Positions 24,025-40,518 are shown, counted from the stretch's first letter. The stretch: 64,000 nt of DNA from Balanoglossus misakiensis (GCA_040954595.2 CM082588.2:6460202-6524201); one strand, 5' to 3'. Translations and numbers: made by a program. The notes: a model not told the origin generated them from the letters alone.

Positions 24025-26485
24025 TAAGACTTGCACCGCTGCGGTGCGAATAAGAGTTCCCTGCTCCGCAACGATCTGACCGTTCTTTATTCACTCCTCG
24101 ACGACAAAAACGTTTTATTACGGCCCAAATAACGACTTTTTCGCTCCTTGGTTTGTCATGCGGACAGTAAGAAACGGTTTTAGCGAGTTTATCTTTCCCT
24201 CTCCTGAGCACTCCGTATTCAGACTTGTCCAAGTGAACCGCGACAAAAAAATGACCAAGTTTCACTGCATGTTTCTTATACCCGACAGATAAAAAACGCA
24301 GCGTAGATATTGAAATGAATTGGATTACGAAAATGATAAAAATTACAATGATAATGTCGTTAAAAGTTCTCAAAAAAAAAAAAGAAATAGAAAAAAAACT
24401 GGACTCGAACCAACATCAGTTGACACCTTCAGGTAAAAGCCTAGCCTTCCTGAACCCTTCGCCATCACGACGTGTACTCGAAACAGTCGGAAATTCACCG
24501 CACTATATTGCAGCATAACTGCCATGATCTTATTTGCACCGCAGCGGTGCAAACTCTTATTTGCACCGCAGCGGTGCAAATAAGACTTGCACCGCTGCGG
24601 TGCGAATAAGAGTTCCCTGCTCCGCAACGATCTGACCGTTCTTTATTCACTCCTCGACGACAAAAACGTTTTATTACGGCCCAAATAACGACTTTTTCGC
24701 TCCTTGGTTTGTCATGCGGACAGTAAGAAACGGTTTTACCGAGTTTATCTTTCCCTCTCCTGAGCACTCCGTATTCAGACTTGTCCAAGTGAACCGCGAC
24801 AAAAAAAATGACCAAGTTTCACTGCATGTTTCTTATACCCGACAGATAAAAAACGCAGCGTAGATATTGAAATGAATTGGATTATGAAAATGATAAAAAT
24901 TACAATGATAATGTCGTTAAAAGTTCTCAAAAAAAAAGAAATAGAAAAAAAAACTGGACTCGAACCAACATCAGTTGACACCTTCAGGTAAAAGCCTAGC
25001 CTTCCTGAACCCTTCGCCATCACGACGTGTACTCGAAACAGTCGGAAATTCACCGCACTATATTGCAGCATAACTGCCATGATCTTATTTGCACCGCAGC
25101 GGCGCAAACTCTTATTTGCACCGCAGCGGTGCAAATAAGACTTGCACCGCTGCGGTGCGAATAAGAGTTCCCTGCTCCGCAACGATCTGACCGTTCTTTA
25201 TTCACTCCTCGACGACAAAAACGTTTTATTACGGCCCAAATAACGACTTTTTCGCTCCTTGGTTTGTCATGCGGACAGTAAGAAACGGTTTTAGCGAGTT
25301 TATCTTTCCCTCTCCTGAGCACTCCGTATTCAGACTTGTCCAAGTGAACCGCGACAAAAAAATGACCAAGTTTCACTGCATGTTTCTTATACCCGACAGA
25401 TAAAAAACGCAGCGTAGATATTGAAATGAATTGGATTACGAAAATGATAAAAATTACAATGATAATGTCGTTAAAAGTTCTCAAAAAAAAAAAAGAAATA
25501 GAAAAAAAACTGGACTCGAACCAACATCAGTTGACACCTTCAGGTAAAAGCCTAGCCTTCCTGAACCCTTCGCCATCACGACGTGTACTCGAAACAGTCG
25601 GAAATTCACCGCACTATATTGCAGCATAACTGCCATGATCTTATTTGCACCGCAGCGGTGCAAACTCTTATTTGCACCGCAGCGGTGCAAATAAGACTTG
25701 CACCGCTGCGGTGCGAATAAGAGTTCCCTGCTCCGCAACGATCTGACCGTTCTTTATTCACTCCTCGACGACAAAAACGTTTTATTACGGCCCAAATAAC
25801 GACTTTTTCGCTCCTTGGTTTGTCATGCGGACAGTAAGAAACGGTTTTAGCGAGTTTATCTTTCCCTCTCCTGAGCACTCCGTATTCAGACTTGTCCAAG
25901 TGAACCGCGACAAAAAAAATGACCAAGTTTCACTGCATGTTTCTTATACCCGACAGATAAAAAACGCAGCGTAGATATTGAAATGAATTGGATTATGAAA
26001 ATGATAAAAATTACAATGATAATGTCGTTAAAAGTTCTCAAAAAAAAAGAAATAGAAAAAAAAACTGGACTCGAACCAACATCAGTTGACACCTTCAGGT
26101 AAAAGCCTAGCCTTCCTGAACCCTTCGCCATCACGACGTGTACTCGAAACAGTCGGAAATTTAACGCACTATATTGCAGCATAACTGCCATGATCTTATT
26201 TGCACCGCAGCGGTGCAAACTCTTATTTGCACCGCAGCGGTGCAAATAAGACTTGCACCGCTGCGGTGCGAATAAGAGTTCCCTGCTCCGCAACGATCTG
26301 ACCGTTCTTTATTCACTCCTCGACGACAAAAACGTTTTATTACGGCCCAAATAACGACTTTTTCGCTCCTTGGTTTGTCATGCGGACAGAAAGATACGGT
26401 TTTAGCGAGTTTATCTTTCCCTCTCCTGAGCACTCCGTTGTCCAAGTGAACCGCGACAAAAAAATGACAAAGTTTCCCTGCCAGT
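24021..26485. repeat. ~555-bp satellite array 2 (~4.4 units, 1111-bp higher-order dimer)
   Basis: Anchors at ~24021, 24577, 25132, 25688, 26243; the ORF track repeats with an exact 1111-nt offset. Confidence 0.95.
24399..24471 (-). ncRNA. tRNA-like Pol III cassette inside the satellite unit (representative copy; six copies in the window)
   Basis: Minus strand GTCGTGATGGCGAAGGGTT (A-box-like)...CTAGGCTTTTACCTG...GTTGGTTCGAGTCCAG (B-box) followed by a T-run; no 3' acceptor-stem half, so not a functional tRNA. Confidence 0.5.
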
Positions 26486-27212
26486 TTCACCCATACAGTT
26501 AAGGTCAGCCGGGGGCAGTGATTGGAACTTTGACATAAAATAAACACTTTCCAAGTCACATGTCTAAAGAGTCGCGTGATTTGATCTTATAAATCGACTT
26601 TTAACCTCCATTCTCTGCGTATGTAGGCTTGGTGCTCACAAATTCATGATATTCCCGCATGGAAATATTTTGGGACGATCTTCAGTGAATGACGTACCTT
26701 TCACTTTACCTTGACCGTCAACAGCCATGTTCCAAGCGGCGCTCAACAACGACACAAGTTCGAGGCGAAAGACAGAAATCACAGCGGACAACACGACAAG
26801 GTGCCCTGCAGGATCGCTGTATCTTATCTGAAATCATTTCAATGTCATATCCCTTTCTACAAAACACCGAACATTAATCTTAGCGGCTACTGATAGCAGT
26901 CTTTCTGTGTCAAATAAAGTTCGAATCGTGGGTCGTTATATTGGGGTGAGAGGCTGACCTTCATTTCATATTCTTACACGGGATGACAAAACATATTCAC
27001 GGCATGACTTGTGATGCGTATAAGAAAACGTGCATGTAATTTAGAAAACGAATCAGTCACACGTGGAGCTAACAACTAACTTTTATTTTCATCAAAGAAA
27101 TTCGCCTGGTTAGCGTTTTCTCTGAGAGGGGTAGTCGCAAATGTAACATTGCAGCAATTTCATCAGGGTGAGTAAAAGATTCAACATTTGTAAACTAATG
27201 AAATCAAAGGTT

Positions 27213-31080
<3,868 letters not shown>

Positions 31081-31604
31081 ATCCCATGTACTGGTACTAG
31101 ACGAGTTTGCACACAACAACCGCAGCAGCGGACAATACATCAGCTATACCCCGTAGCCTTGCAGGATTACTGTATCTTATCTGCAATCATTTCAATCCAA
31201 TATTCCTTTCTACAGAACACCAATCATATAAATTTTGGCGGGTACTGATAGCAGTCTTTCTCGAACAAAGCTCGAACGATAAACATGTCGCAGGGCGGAT
31301 TGTGAACTCCGTGTCAAATTTGACACGGGAGGTCAGAACACGCCATGCATTACTAGTATATGTGTCAGATAAACCTCTCGCGCAAGAAACAGTATAGCAT
31401 AAACATTACTTGCTGTATAATATCTGTACGTGTTTATGATGTTCACTTTATCAAGATGCACCTAAGGAATGAAGATGCAATTTTCTCAGCTGTGTTGTTG
31501 TGAGGCGATAATTACGCGAAAAGTCTCTTGGGAATTATCGATTTCTCAATTGGGGATTAGTTCGACGGTGTATGCATCGCCTCACCCGGCGGCGAAAAGC
31601 AGAA
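31081..31604. promoter_or_regulatory. Divergent promoter region between BHMT and Amt, with GATA motifs conserved in the paralog promoter
   Basis: TCTTATCT (~31175) and TACTGATAGCAGTCTTTC (~31242) blocks recur upstream of the paralog exon 1 at ~23420-23505 and ~26820-26905. Confidence 0.6.
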
Positions 31605-34600
31605 ATGGCGAGGGAATCTGCAGAGGGCTCTCTCGAAGTGTTGACAGACGACAGCGAGTCAATATCACTGTTTCTGACGTGTTGTATAGTTCTGTGTAAG
31701 TGCATAGAGCCTGAAATAGTTTTGGTTGTGCGTGTGGTTTTGAATCCAGGGGCGATGGAGATGCCCGGTGTCGTCAGGAAATCATCGAGTTGAACAGCGG
31801 TTTCGTCCCAGCGCTCGTATGCATTTAAAAGTGAGAGCCTTCATTCGCCACAAGCTTTTTGGCTTTTTATAACTTTTCAATTGTGTTTTCATTTGTTTCT
31901 TCACACGAAAGTATCTCTTGTACAACTAAAAGTCCACTCGCCTTTCCACCACCCATAATAATATTGATTTTCTTGTAGAAAACGCAGTTAATTATTGATT
32001 TTCTCTTCTAAAGAAATGCGCACCCGCTTGTTGACTGTCAGTTGTTATAATTAAGACGTTTGAGTTTTCTTTGAATGTCGTGGTAAATGTGATGTACATA
32101 TGTAAGCATTACCATAAACAGACTTCCATAACATGTAGTCTATACGCACAGTATATACATACGTAAAATTGACATATACCGGTATATGTGATCATGTACT
32201 GGGATACGTGATGATAGACATACATTAATAATACGGGGTAACTGTAAGCTTAGGTCTTGTGCATAACTAAGGGTGATCGAGAGTTAAAAATATAATTATG
32301 ATTAATCGTAAAATTATTACGTTTTTATTTCATATTTCATTTTTCAGTGATGCAATGTGGATTTGCGTTGCTCGAAGCTGGGTCGGTGAAACATGAAAAT
32401 GCAAACAGTGTTCTTATCAGATACCTAAGTTGTGTCGGTAAGTAAAAAAAAATTGCGCCAACACATGGCCATTCTAATACTTAGACACGCCCTTTTAACT
32501 ATAATTATATGAAATATATGTCAAAATTGAGGTGATCGTATATACCTTTAATGATCGACTCTTACAGGTATATGTGCATTTGTCTACTACGCATGCGGAT
32601 ACGCCTTCGGGTTTGGAGCCGGAAATCTGTTCATCGGATATGACCACTTCTTCCTGATCAATCTTCCCGACGACCAGTTGTCACACTGGATGGTCCAGTT
32701 CGTGTTCGCCGTCGCCACGGCAACGATTGTCGCGGGAGCAGTGGCCGGAAGAATGCAGTTTATTGCGTTTTGTGTGTACACGTTCATCATAGCAGGTGAG
32801 TGTCTGCCGAATCATGTAGGGAGGGCTAATACCGCGTGAACGTTACCAGAAGTACTAGTTCATACCTACGTATGATACAAACAGCATTCTTCATTTTTGA
32901 TAACGAATAGTTCAGGTAATAATCATTGCTGATGTTTAAACCAAGGTAATATCATGTGAGGCTGCATGTCTGATAACACGTTTGTCGTATTTTCCTTTCT
33001 TCCCAAGGTTTTGTCTACCCCATTGTCACACACTGGGCATGGTCGGAGGAAGGATGGCTAACCCATGATGCACCTGGCGTGGATCTCAATTACGAGGTAG
33101 GGTATCACGTGAACATCACATGTTCTGACTTGTCTACACCAACTATCACCTGGAGACAACAGATCGTCGACTTATGTCGCTTATTAAACCCTCTCTTGCT
33201 GTCGCCTAAATGCCCGCCAGCTTTTTTTGGCAAAAATTGTCAGTTTTTCATATGTACGACATTTTGTTGATAAATCGCAATAGTAAGAACAGACGACATC
33301 TCTTCTCAGGATTTTGCTGGGAGCGGCGTGGTTCATGTAGTTGGCGGCGCAGCAGGACTGGTCGGATCAGCGGTGATTGGTCCACGTCTTGGTCGGTTTC
33401 AGCGAGAGAAAAACCCTCCTGCGATTCCAGAGCAATCATCATTGGTACGTTCAGTATGTATTCATAATGATGCTTCAATTGAATTCCATTATATTTATAA
33501 AATGATCACATTGGAATGATAATGACGTCTCTCTGTCGTCATTGCGATATACTCTAACAATAAAAACTTTTTATTTCTGCCGGGGTTTACCGTCAAATAG
33601 TTTAAAGGGACATTATAGCAGCATGTTTCTATACCGTGCGGCGTCCGTACAAAGCTAGCAGAAAATGCCATGTTAAGTGTTATAGAAACTACCATTTTGC
33701 AAGTTTATCGTGAAAATGTCTCTGTACCGTAGCAGTGTATTTCATTTCTACTGTTCTATGAATCTCAAATCTGATTTCGACTTCCAGTTCACTTCCGTCG
33801 GTGGAATTCTCTCGATGTTTGGCATGTTTGCTCTGAACGGCGGAGCTCGACCACACCCGTCTGAAAGTGTTGATGGCGCCGCCGGTCCTCTGGTGTTTGT
33901 CAACACTCTACTATCGGGCTGCGCTGCGTCGGTCACGGCGTTGATTCTGAAGAAGATCCAACCCGGCAGACACTACCAGCAGTCATCGAGCTTGCTGGTG
34001 GCGATCAACGGGGCGCTTACTGGCATGGTGCGGAAAATGTTATTGTGCGTGACATCAACTTTCGACCCACTGAGTGGGTCAGTGTGTGAGTAAGTCAGTC
34101 AGCCAGTCAATCAATCAATCAACCAACCAATCAACTAATTTCTCATTTCCAGGTTGCCATGTCTGCTGGTTGTAACGTTATGGAACCCTGGTGTGCGATC
34201 ATAACCGGTCTGGTTGCCGGACCTACATATTTTGCATGGAGTAAACTCATATTCACTTTAAAAGTGGACGATCCCATCGATGCTGTTCCAGGTAAGTTAG
34301 TATTGCTGCATTTATTCAGGCCATTTGCCATAACCCAAACCCCATCACCCACCCAGCCAGCCAGCCATCCAGCAGGGTCAGGGTCAAGCCAGAACTTCGA
34401 TGGGGGGAGTCTATGAATTAACTGTTTTAAACACTCGTTGCAGTTAATGAACAATATGCATTTGTCAAACTTTCGAGTAAATAACTAGTACATCTTTAGG
34501 CAGAAGGCTGTGTGTTTTATTACCACTTTCATGGTTTTTTTTCTGCAGTACACCTGGGAGGCGGATTGTGGGGCGTTTGTGCGGTGTCTTTATTGACAAG

Positions 34601-35613
34601 GGACGGTGTTATCTTTGCATTTAACGCACAAGCGTGGCGGGTAAGTCGACTTCATTTGTGGCTCGTCACGGTGCTCTTCAACATCGTGGTATAATGGCGT
34701 CTCGGTTACGCATGCGCACTAAGTGTATCGTGATTGGGCCACGTCCATATCTGCATACCTCCCGTGTTGTTGAAATATTCGGTGATAAGTTTAATAAGTG
34801 TGAATCATTGCTGACAATCATCTCTTTCTCTCCAGTCGCTCGGCTGGAATGCCACGGGTGGTTTTGCCATCATGGCATGGTCCATGGCGGTGTCGTTGGC
34901 GGTATTTGGATCGCTTCACCTGTGCAGACGTCTGCGCATCACGATGAAATTGGAACTAAGAGGTAATAGTTGATGACGTCATTTCCGCCGTAAACCACGA
35001 CCTCTTTCCGGCAACATATTTATGCGTTCTTATTTCCGTGGAGCGGAGGTAGATAACTAAAATTGTGTGATGATTAGTAGGATTAAACTTTCTGTCTTGT
35101 AAAATGCACCATTTTTAGTCTCTAGAAACGACCAGATCAGGAATGTATTTTTCACCAAATATTTCTAAATAATTATTTATTTCTGATTTCAGGACTACAG
35201 GTTAATGTGGGAAAAGAACCTATATACATAGGATCAAACTATGGCTTAAAGTGGGGAACAAATATGTCTGATCATTATGAACTCGAACTTGTGCATATTA
35301 ATTATATCAAAGATAATGTGCAGCTAGACAACAGAATATGCGACAACAGTTCTGTCGAAGGTAGGTTAGGATGTTGTTTTATGGTGTTTTGCGGTCCTAT
35401 CAACAAGGTCAGCTAATGACAATCACGACTAGTTTAGTCTATTCCAACGTTTTATCTTATGAAACATTAACCTGGAAACAACCTTTACAGTTTCCAGAAA
35501 CAGTGACGGTTGATACCATTTCCCTTGTTTCAGACACAACCCATCAAAATGGAACGATGTGCACGACGAAGGATCCCCCCGGCGTCAATGGGATCTCCCA
35601 GATTGTAAATTAA
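31605..35613 (+). CDS. amt: Ammonium transporter (Amt family), divergent; exons 31605-31695, 32348-32437, 32568-32795, 33008-33096, 33310-33444, 33788-34027, 34153-34291, 34549-34640, 34836-34961, 35193-35360, 35498-35613
   Basis: [69 protein letters not shown]|VHLGGGLWG; GT-AG introns; first and last exons less certain. Confidence 0.9.
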
Positions 35614-36180
35614 GAGGGAACGTTTTTATACTCTGTCATCAGCAATGTTTATTAATGTTATTTATAAGACACTGCCAAGACATTGTTTTTTGCGTGTTTC
35701 ATGACTGAGTTTACGGCGCGCTACATCCTGAGATAGACGACTTGCCTCCAACAGTGATTGAACAAGAAAATGTAATTTAATTAAAAATGTTCATACAAAA
35801 TAAAGTCCATATATATACCGAAACATAATACATTTGAAAAAAAATTGCTATAAATCAGTAATCATATTTAAGTATTTTAAAACATTTCTTTCGCAAGCTA
35901 CATACCGATATGTATGCGCGTTTTCGATAAATAGTTACACTGATTTTATGAAGTTAATTAAATTACTCCGCCATTTTTTCTTCTCTCGTTTGTAGCAGTC
36001 TTGACTTTATCAGGAAAAAAAAACAGCAAACCTGTTGGCTATTTTCCTCGATGGTACAAAAGTAAAAGTGTAAAAAAGTCAACACAAATCGAACGCATTC
36101 GAGGGACAATTTAGTGGGCAAATTTCCTTCTGTCATACGGCAGCCTTTAGTTGAATATGCAGTGGCAAAAGTAAAGCCCC

Positions 36181-37026
36181 CCAGCACGTTCCGCACATGT
36201 CATATTCCAGTGCTATTTGCCACACCCACCATTGGTGGCGACATTTAAAAAATCCCATCATCACTGTCCGCGTATTTCAGAACAGAGTCTAAATTTTGTT
36301 GACCTCCCAAGGAAGCTTTGAACCAACAGGTGAAAACTGTCTGGCACTGTACGCGCTTTTTCAATATATATTTAAATTAGATGACGCTGTTGTGAACCTC
36401 GGCTGTTCTGATTGGTCGATTACCTTCCGCGCAGCCGAATCAGGTAGACCACAGCGCTCGTGATTGGTCACTTACGTTCTGCGCTCCAGGAACGTAGAGT
36501 CACCAGACAGACTAGTTTGTTGACCCGGCCTATAAAGTTTGTCTGCATCTCTGACCTTTCTCTGTACAACGCAGCAGACGACAAGAGAAATTATCTGAGC
36601 AAAAAATCGTTCGAGGGGCTTTACTCTGCTATTTTCTCTCGCGTTCGTTTGCGGCACATTTTTTTTCAAGTTTATACGGTTGTTGTTGGTGGACACTGTC
36701 CGCATATGTGAAATTTCCACATTGCTAGTTGCGCACTATCAAATAGCTTCGATGACAAATTACTTGATTACTTCACTCATGTTTAATTAAGTAGTGGCCT
36801 GATTCAATAAGTAATGAAGTAGTGACCTACTTAATTTAAATATAAATTGAAAACGCGCGAACACTGCCAGACAGTTTGCACCTGTTGATTCAAAGGTTCC
36901 TTTGAGAGGTCAAAAATATTGAGGCCAGTTCTGACATACGCGGACAGTATCCTCCGATAGGACATTTTAAATGTCGCCACCAACGGTGTGTGTGGAAAAT
37001 GGCAATGTTATGGGGACAGTGCTGGA
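36181..37026. mobile_element. Foldback/MITE-like element with ~200-bp diverged terminal inverted repeats
   Basis: 36181-36380 is the reverse complement of ~36830-37026 (e.g. TTGGTGGCGACATTTAAAA versus TTTTAAATGTCGCCACCAA; ACTGTCCGCGTAT versus ATACGCGGACAGT). Confidence 0.8.
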
Positions 37027-37086
37027 GGTTTTGATGACGTCACCAACAATTTTGTTGGAGGTTTTGATGACGTCACCAACAATTTT
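37024..37086. repeat. 33-bp tandem duplication carrying two perfect CRE sites (TGACGTCA)
   Basis: GGAGGTTTTGATGACGTCACCAACAATTTT twice in tandem. Confidence 0.8.
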
Positions 37087-38059
37087 ATGAACTACATGTA
37101 CATATATGTTGCGTTAATGAGCTATATATTTGGCATTAAAACAAATGCTTGAGGGATTTGAACAAGAAACGGCAGTCTTGAGTAATCTTCGCAAGGAAAA
37201 CATCCATGGCTTGCATAAATTAAAAGATGGTCACAACCAATCACAACACGGTATTTGTGCCACTGTTGCGCTGGAATAATTCACAATATTAAAATAGGGT
37301 TATGCGCAAAATACGGCCCTGTATGGACGAGGGCTCAGTGAGTGCTGTATTGCAGACAGCGGGCATATTTGTCACGTATAAGAGATTGCTATTTGACCTT
37401 GTCTGACACACGTTTGCATTTTTAATTCACAGGCATATACAAATTACCACATAAAACTTTATACGCATGGTTAATCCTATCGGTAACCCCATTCGGGTCT
37501 CAAAATAATAAGCGCTATTTGCTTTTCTTATGCACCATCTGCCAACATTTTTTTTTACAAAAATCCTTCACTACCCCTCCATAAAACAAATCTCCCCTTT
37601 TCATTTAAAGACACCAATCGCCAGCAAAACCCCCAAAACAAACGGGTAGAGAACACAATTCAATGGAGCCTCTCCAACCATCGCCACGTGGTGACACCAG
37701 GTGTTGCTTCTTACTAATCGATGTCCAATCTTACCACAAGCTGGGACTAATCGTTTACAGGAGATAAAAACATTAAAAGCACGATTCCAAAAGATATCTA
37801 TTAATCATGCCCTTACATCAACCTCTGAAGAGAATATGAATGGATATAAACCCAACAGATGGTACTAACTATACCAGATTATGGCATACCGATGTTTGCC
37901 TGTCTTTTATGTATATCTGGCTGGCTGTCTGTTGAGCAGTATACGATTTCTCAGAGTCCTTGGTATTTTTCACAGGTTGCCCATATCAGTTGGTGCTTTG
38001 AATACATTCGAAAACATATAAAGACAGCCGTATTCCGCTTCACTTCTTGATCTATCTGT

Positions 38060-38156
38060 GGGTCAGTGTATAAGTACTTAAGCGCTCGTGGCGAAATAGC
38101 GAGAGATAAAAAGTAGTCCCACTTGTTCACTCATTTGCATAAAATGGCGTGAAACT
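38060..38156 (+). repeat. ~97-bp interspersed repeat; second copy at 40948-41046
   Basis: GGTCAGTGTATAAGTACTTAAG...AAAAGTAGTCCCACTTG...ATTTGCATAAAATGGCGTGAAACT is near-identical in both places. Confidence 0.85.
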
Positions 38157-38606
38157 GAAGAGAGAATTCTTCTACATTACGGCAAATAGTACAATAATGC
38201 CGTTCTTTTTGTCACTATACGATCACATCAATTCAACAGAAACATGGTGTGCTGCCGAACAATAAGCATATGACGGGTGCATATATCACTGAATTTTCAA
38301 TCTGATCAGCTTGGCCATATGTGACACTTCTATAGGCCACACAGATGTGACAATCGGTGTTTTATTGTCTCGTGTTATTATTAATTATGTGGATGGATAA
38401 AAAAATGATAATGTTCATATCCAAGGACGTGATTTCAATGACCCTTAAGCATTATATCTAATTGATAACTGATGTTTATAGTTAGATATAAACTATAAAA
38501 CGGTGAGTTAATTATGCATGGTCGCCTAGCAATACCCTGGACACAAATCGTTTTAGCCAGTCGTCAGGTGGCCTATATGCCACTCGGTTTGGGGACGTCT
38601 CTCGAC

Positions 38607-40417
38607 ATGGCTGGTGTACTTTATCGCGGCGCTGGGATCATCAGGAGGGAGTTGAAAGCGACTGTCCTCTTCTGTCTTGGTTTGATTTTGGGGACAACGG
38701 TTTTGAGCCAGGTTTGTGTTCGTATCTGTTGGCATCTTCTTCTTTCAGAAGATATTTAGTCTCTTTTAACGAACATGTTTTCGTCGACCAGATAATGATA
38801 AGAAGAGTGTACATTTCGTTGCCAAACATGTCGTATGTGTGGGTCTCAGTGGTGAAACAACTGAATAAGTGGGGTTTTCTCAATGATTATTTAAGTCTAA
38901 ATTTAGCAACAGGACAAGATAAAGCCATGACAGATATACGTGCATAAATGTGTATTGCAATAGGATCCACTACCGCAGCTGGGCATGCAGTCATTTTGTT
39001 CTTTTTTTTCAGTTTCTGGATATGTTACTATTGCATGACTGAAGTTTGACCCCCCCCCCCCTCCTCATCCATTTCAAATATAGCTCCATATTATGAGTGG
39101 CGATGTGTTTTCAGGTCTGATCACCAAATCTAGGTGTGGAATCTAAGAAAACTCTGAATGTTAAACAGATGCGTTTTATTTTCTCGACAGATCAATTTAA
39201 CTAAAAGTACCGAAAAAACCAACGCAGAAACTTCGGTGCCTTCACAAGTGAATGCTCGCGTTGCCCCCTCGGGATGTCCCAAAAACAACAAGGTGGACGA
39301 GGGTGACAAATCGATGCACAAGTTACAGTTCCCGTACAATGACTACACGAGATTTGGTCTTGACTGGACGGGAATAGTCGAAGAGCTGGAGTGGGCCAAT
39401 GAACATTCGCGTTCTATTGTTAATAAAACCGGAATACCGTTTGAAATACGACTGCACAGCGCTGACTTTACATCCACAGAAGACACAAGGTATGCTATAG
39501 ATAATATGTTGTCTATTGGAACACTAAGAGGAAACGCTCTGAAACATTGGACAAGATTATTGCCCGATGTAAGCTTAATGAAGGCAATATACAATCAGAA
39601 CAAATTAAAAATGCCAAAATCATGTTAAAATTGTCATCGTACGAACAACAACGTTCGATTATGGCGCTGTAGTCTTCAGCTTTGAAGATCACATTACATC
39701 ACATTGCAAAAACATCGCCCCAACAATATATATAAGCAGTTTCTTGTTAATTTCCACAAGGCAAATAAAAACACATCTTCTGATGATTGTTTCAGAGTGC
39801 ACTTCTTTGATAGCAAGACGAAGTACCAAGTGGGCGATTTCGTACACGTTGTCATCCAGGCGTTTGACAAGCACGGAAACCAAAGAAACAGAGGCGGGGA
39901 CTTTTTCGAGCCAGTGATGTACAACGAGAAACTTCAAAAGAGCACGGCTGGGAGAGTTGTGGACTACGGCAACGGTACGTACAGTGTGTACTTCTACGCG
40001 CCCTGGCAAGGTTCCGCCCAGATAAACATCACTCTGGCGTTCACACGTGAAGCCATCATATTCCTGGACAACGAGATCCGCTACAAGGAGCCGCCGGGCT
40101 GGATAGGTACATTCACCGATGGCGAGAACTCCGAATCGACAGAATGCTACGTCATCAGTGAAGGATCCTGGGAAGATATGTGCGAATTCACCAATCACAA
40201 TGCTCTGGGAAATACAGCGCTTACTTGTAGAAAACCTCAAAGTATGACATGTGACAAGCTCGAGGCACTACTCCATACCATTGAAACAGTTAGGCGAGTG
40301 ACTGAAGAGAGAATCGAAAAGGATGCGACGTTATTTAAAAGGTAATTAATTATTTCATCAATTCATTAATTAAATAATTACATTAAAATTAATTAGTTAA
40401 TATATTAATTAATTAAC

Positions 40418-40453
<36 letters not shown>

Positions 40454-40487
40454 CGATCGATTGATTGATTGATTGATTGATTGATTC

Positions 40488-40518
<31 letters not shown>

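Larger units (their letters stand above)
21130..26728 (-). pseudogene. Disrupted BHMT-like paralog: exon 1 (26698-26728, duplicated at 23297-23327), exon 6 (21603-21684), exon 7 (21130-21395); exons 2-5 absent
   Basis: Exon 1 MAVDGQGKVK(G) is homologous to exon 1 of the intact gene (MAGDGTGKVK(G)); exons 6 and 7 are homologous to 27585-27666 and 27213-27481; the exon 7 acceptor is mutated (TACGG versus TACAG); an exon 1 to exon 6 splice would be out of phase. Confidence 0.8.

Noticed and set aside
24399-24471. Functional tRNA-Lys gene
   Set aside because: No 3' acceptor-stem strand and a degenerate anticodon arm; kept only as a tRNA-like cassette
21714-26485. CRISPR-like reading of the palindromic repeats
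   Set aside because: Intervening sequence is the same in every unit (no unique spacers), no cas genes, eukaryotic context
21660-26559. Repeated 85-160 aa ORFs in the satellite (e.g. LRRGKDKLAKTVSFCPHDKPRSEK)
   Set aside because: Frames shift with A-run length between units and show no recognisable domain; they are by-products of the tandem repeat
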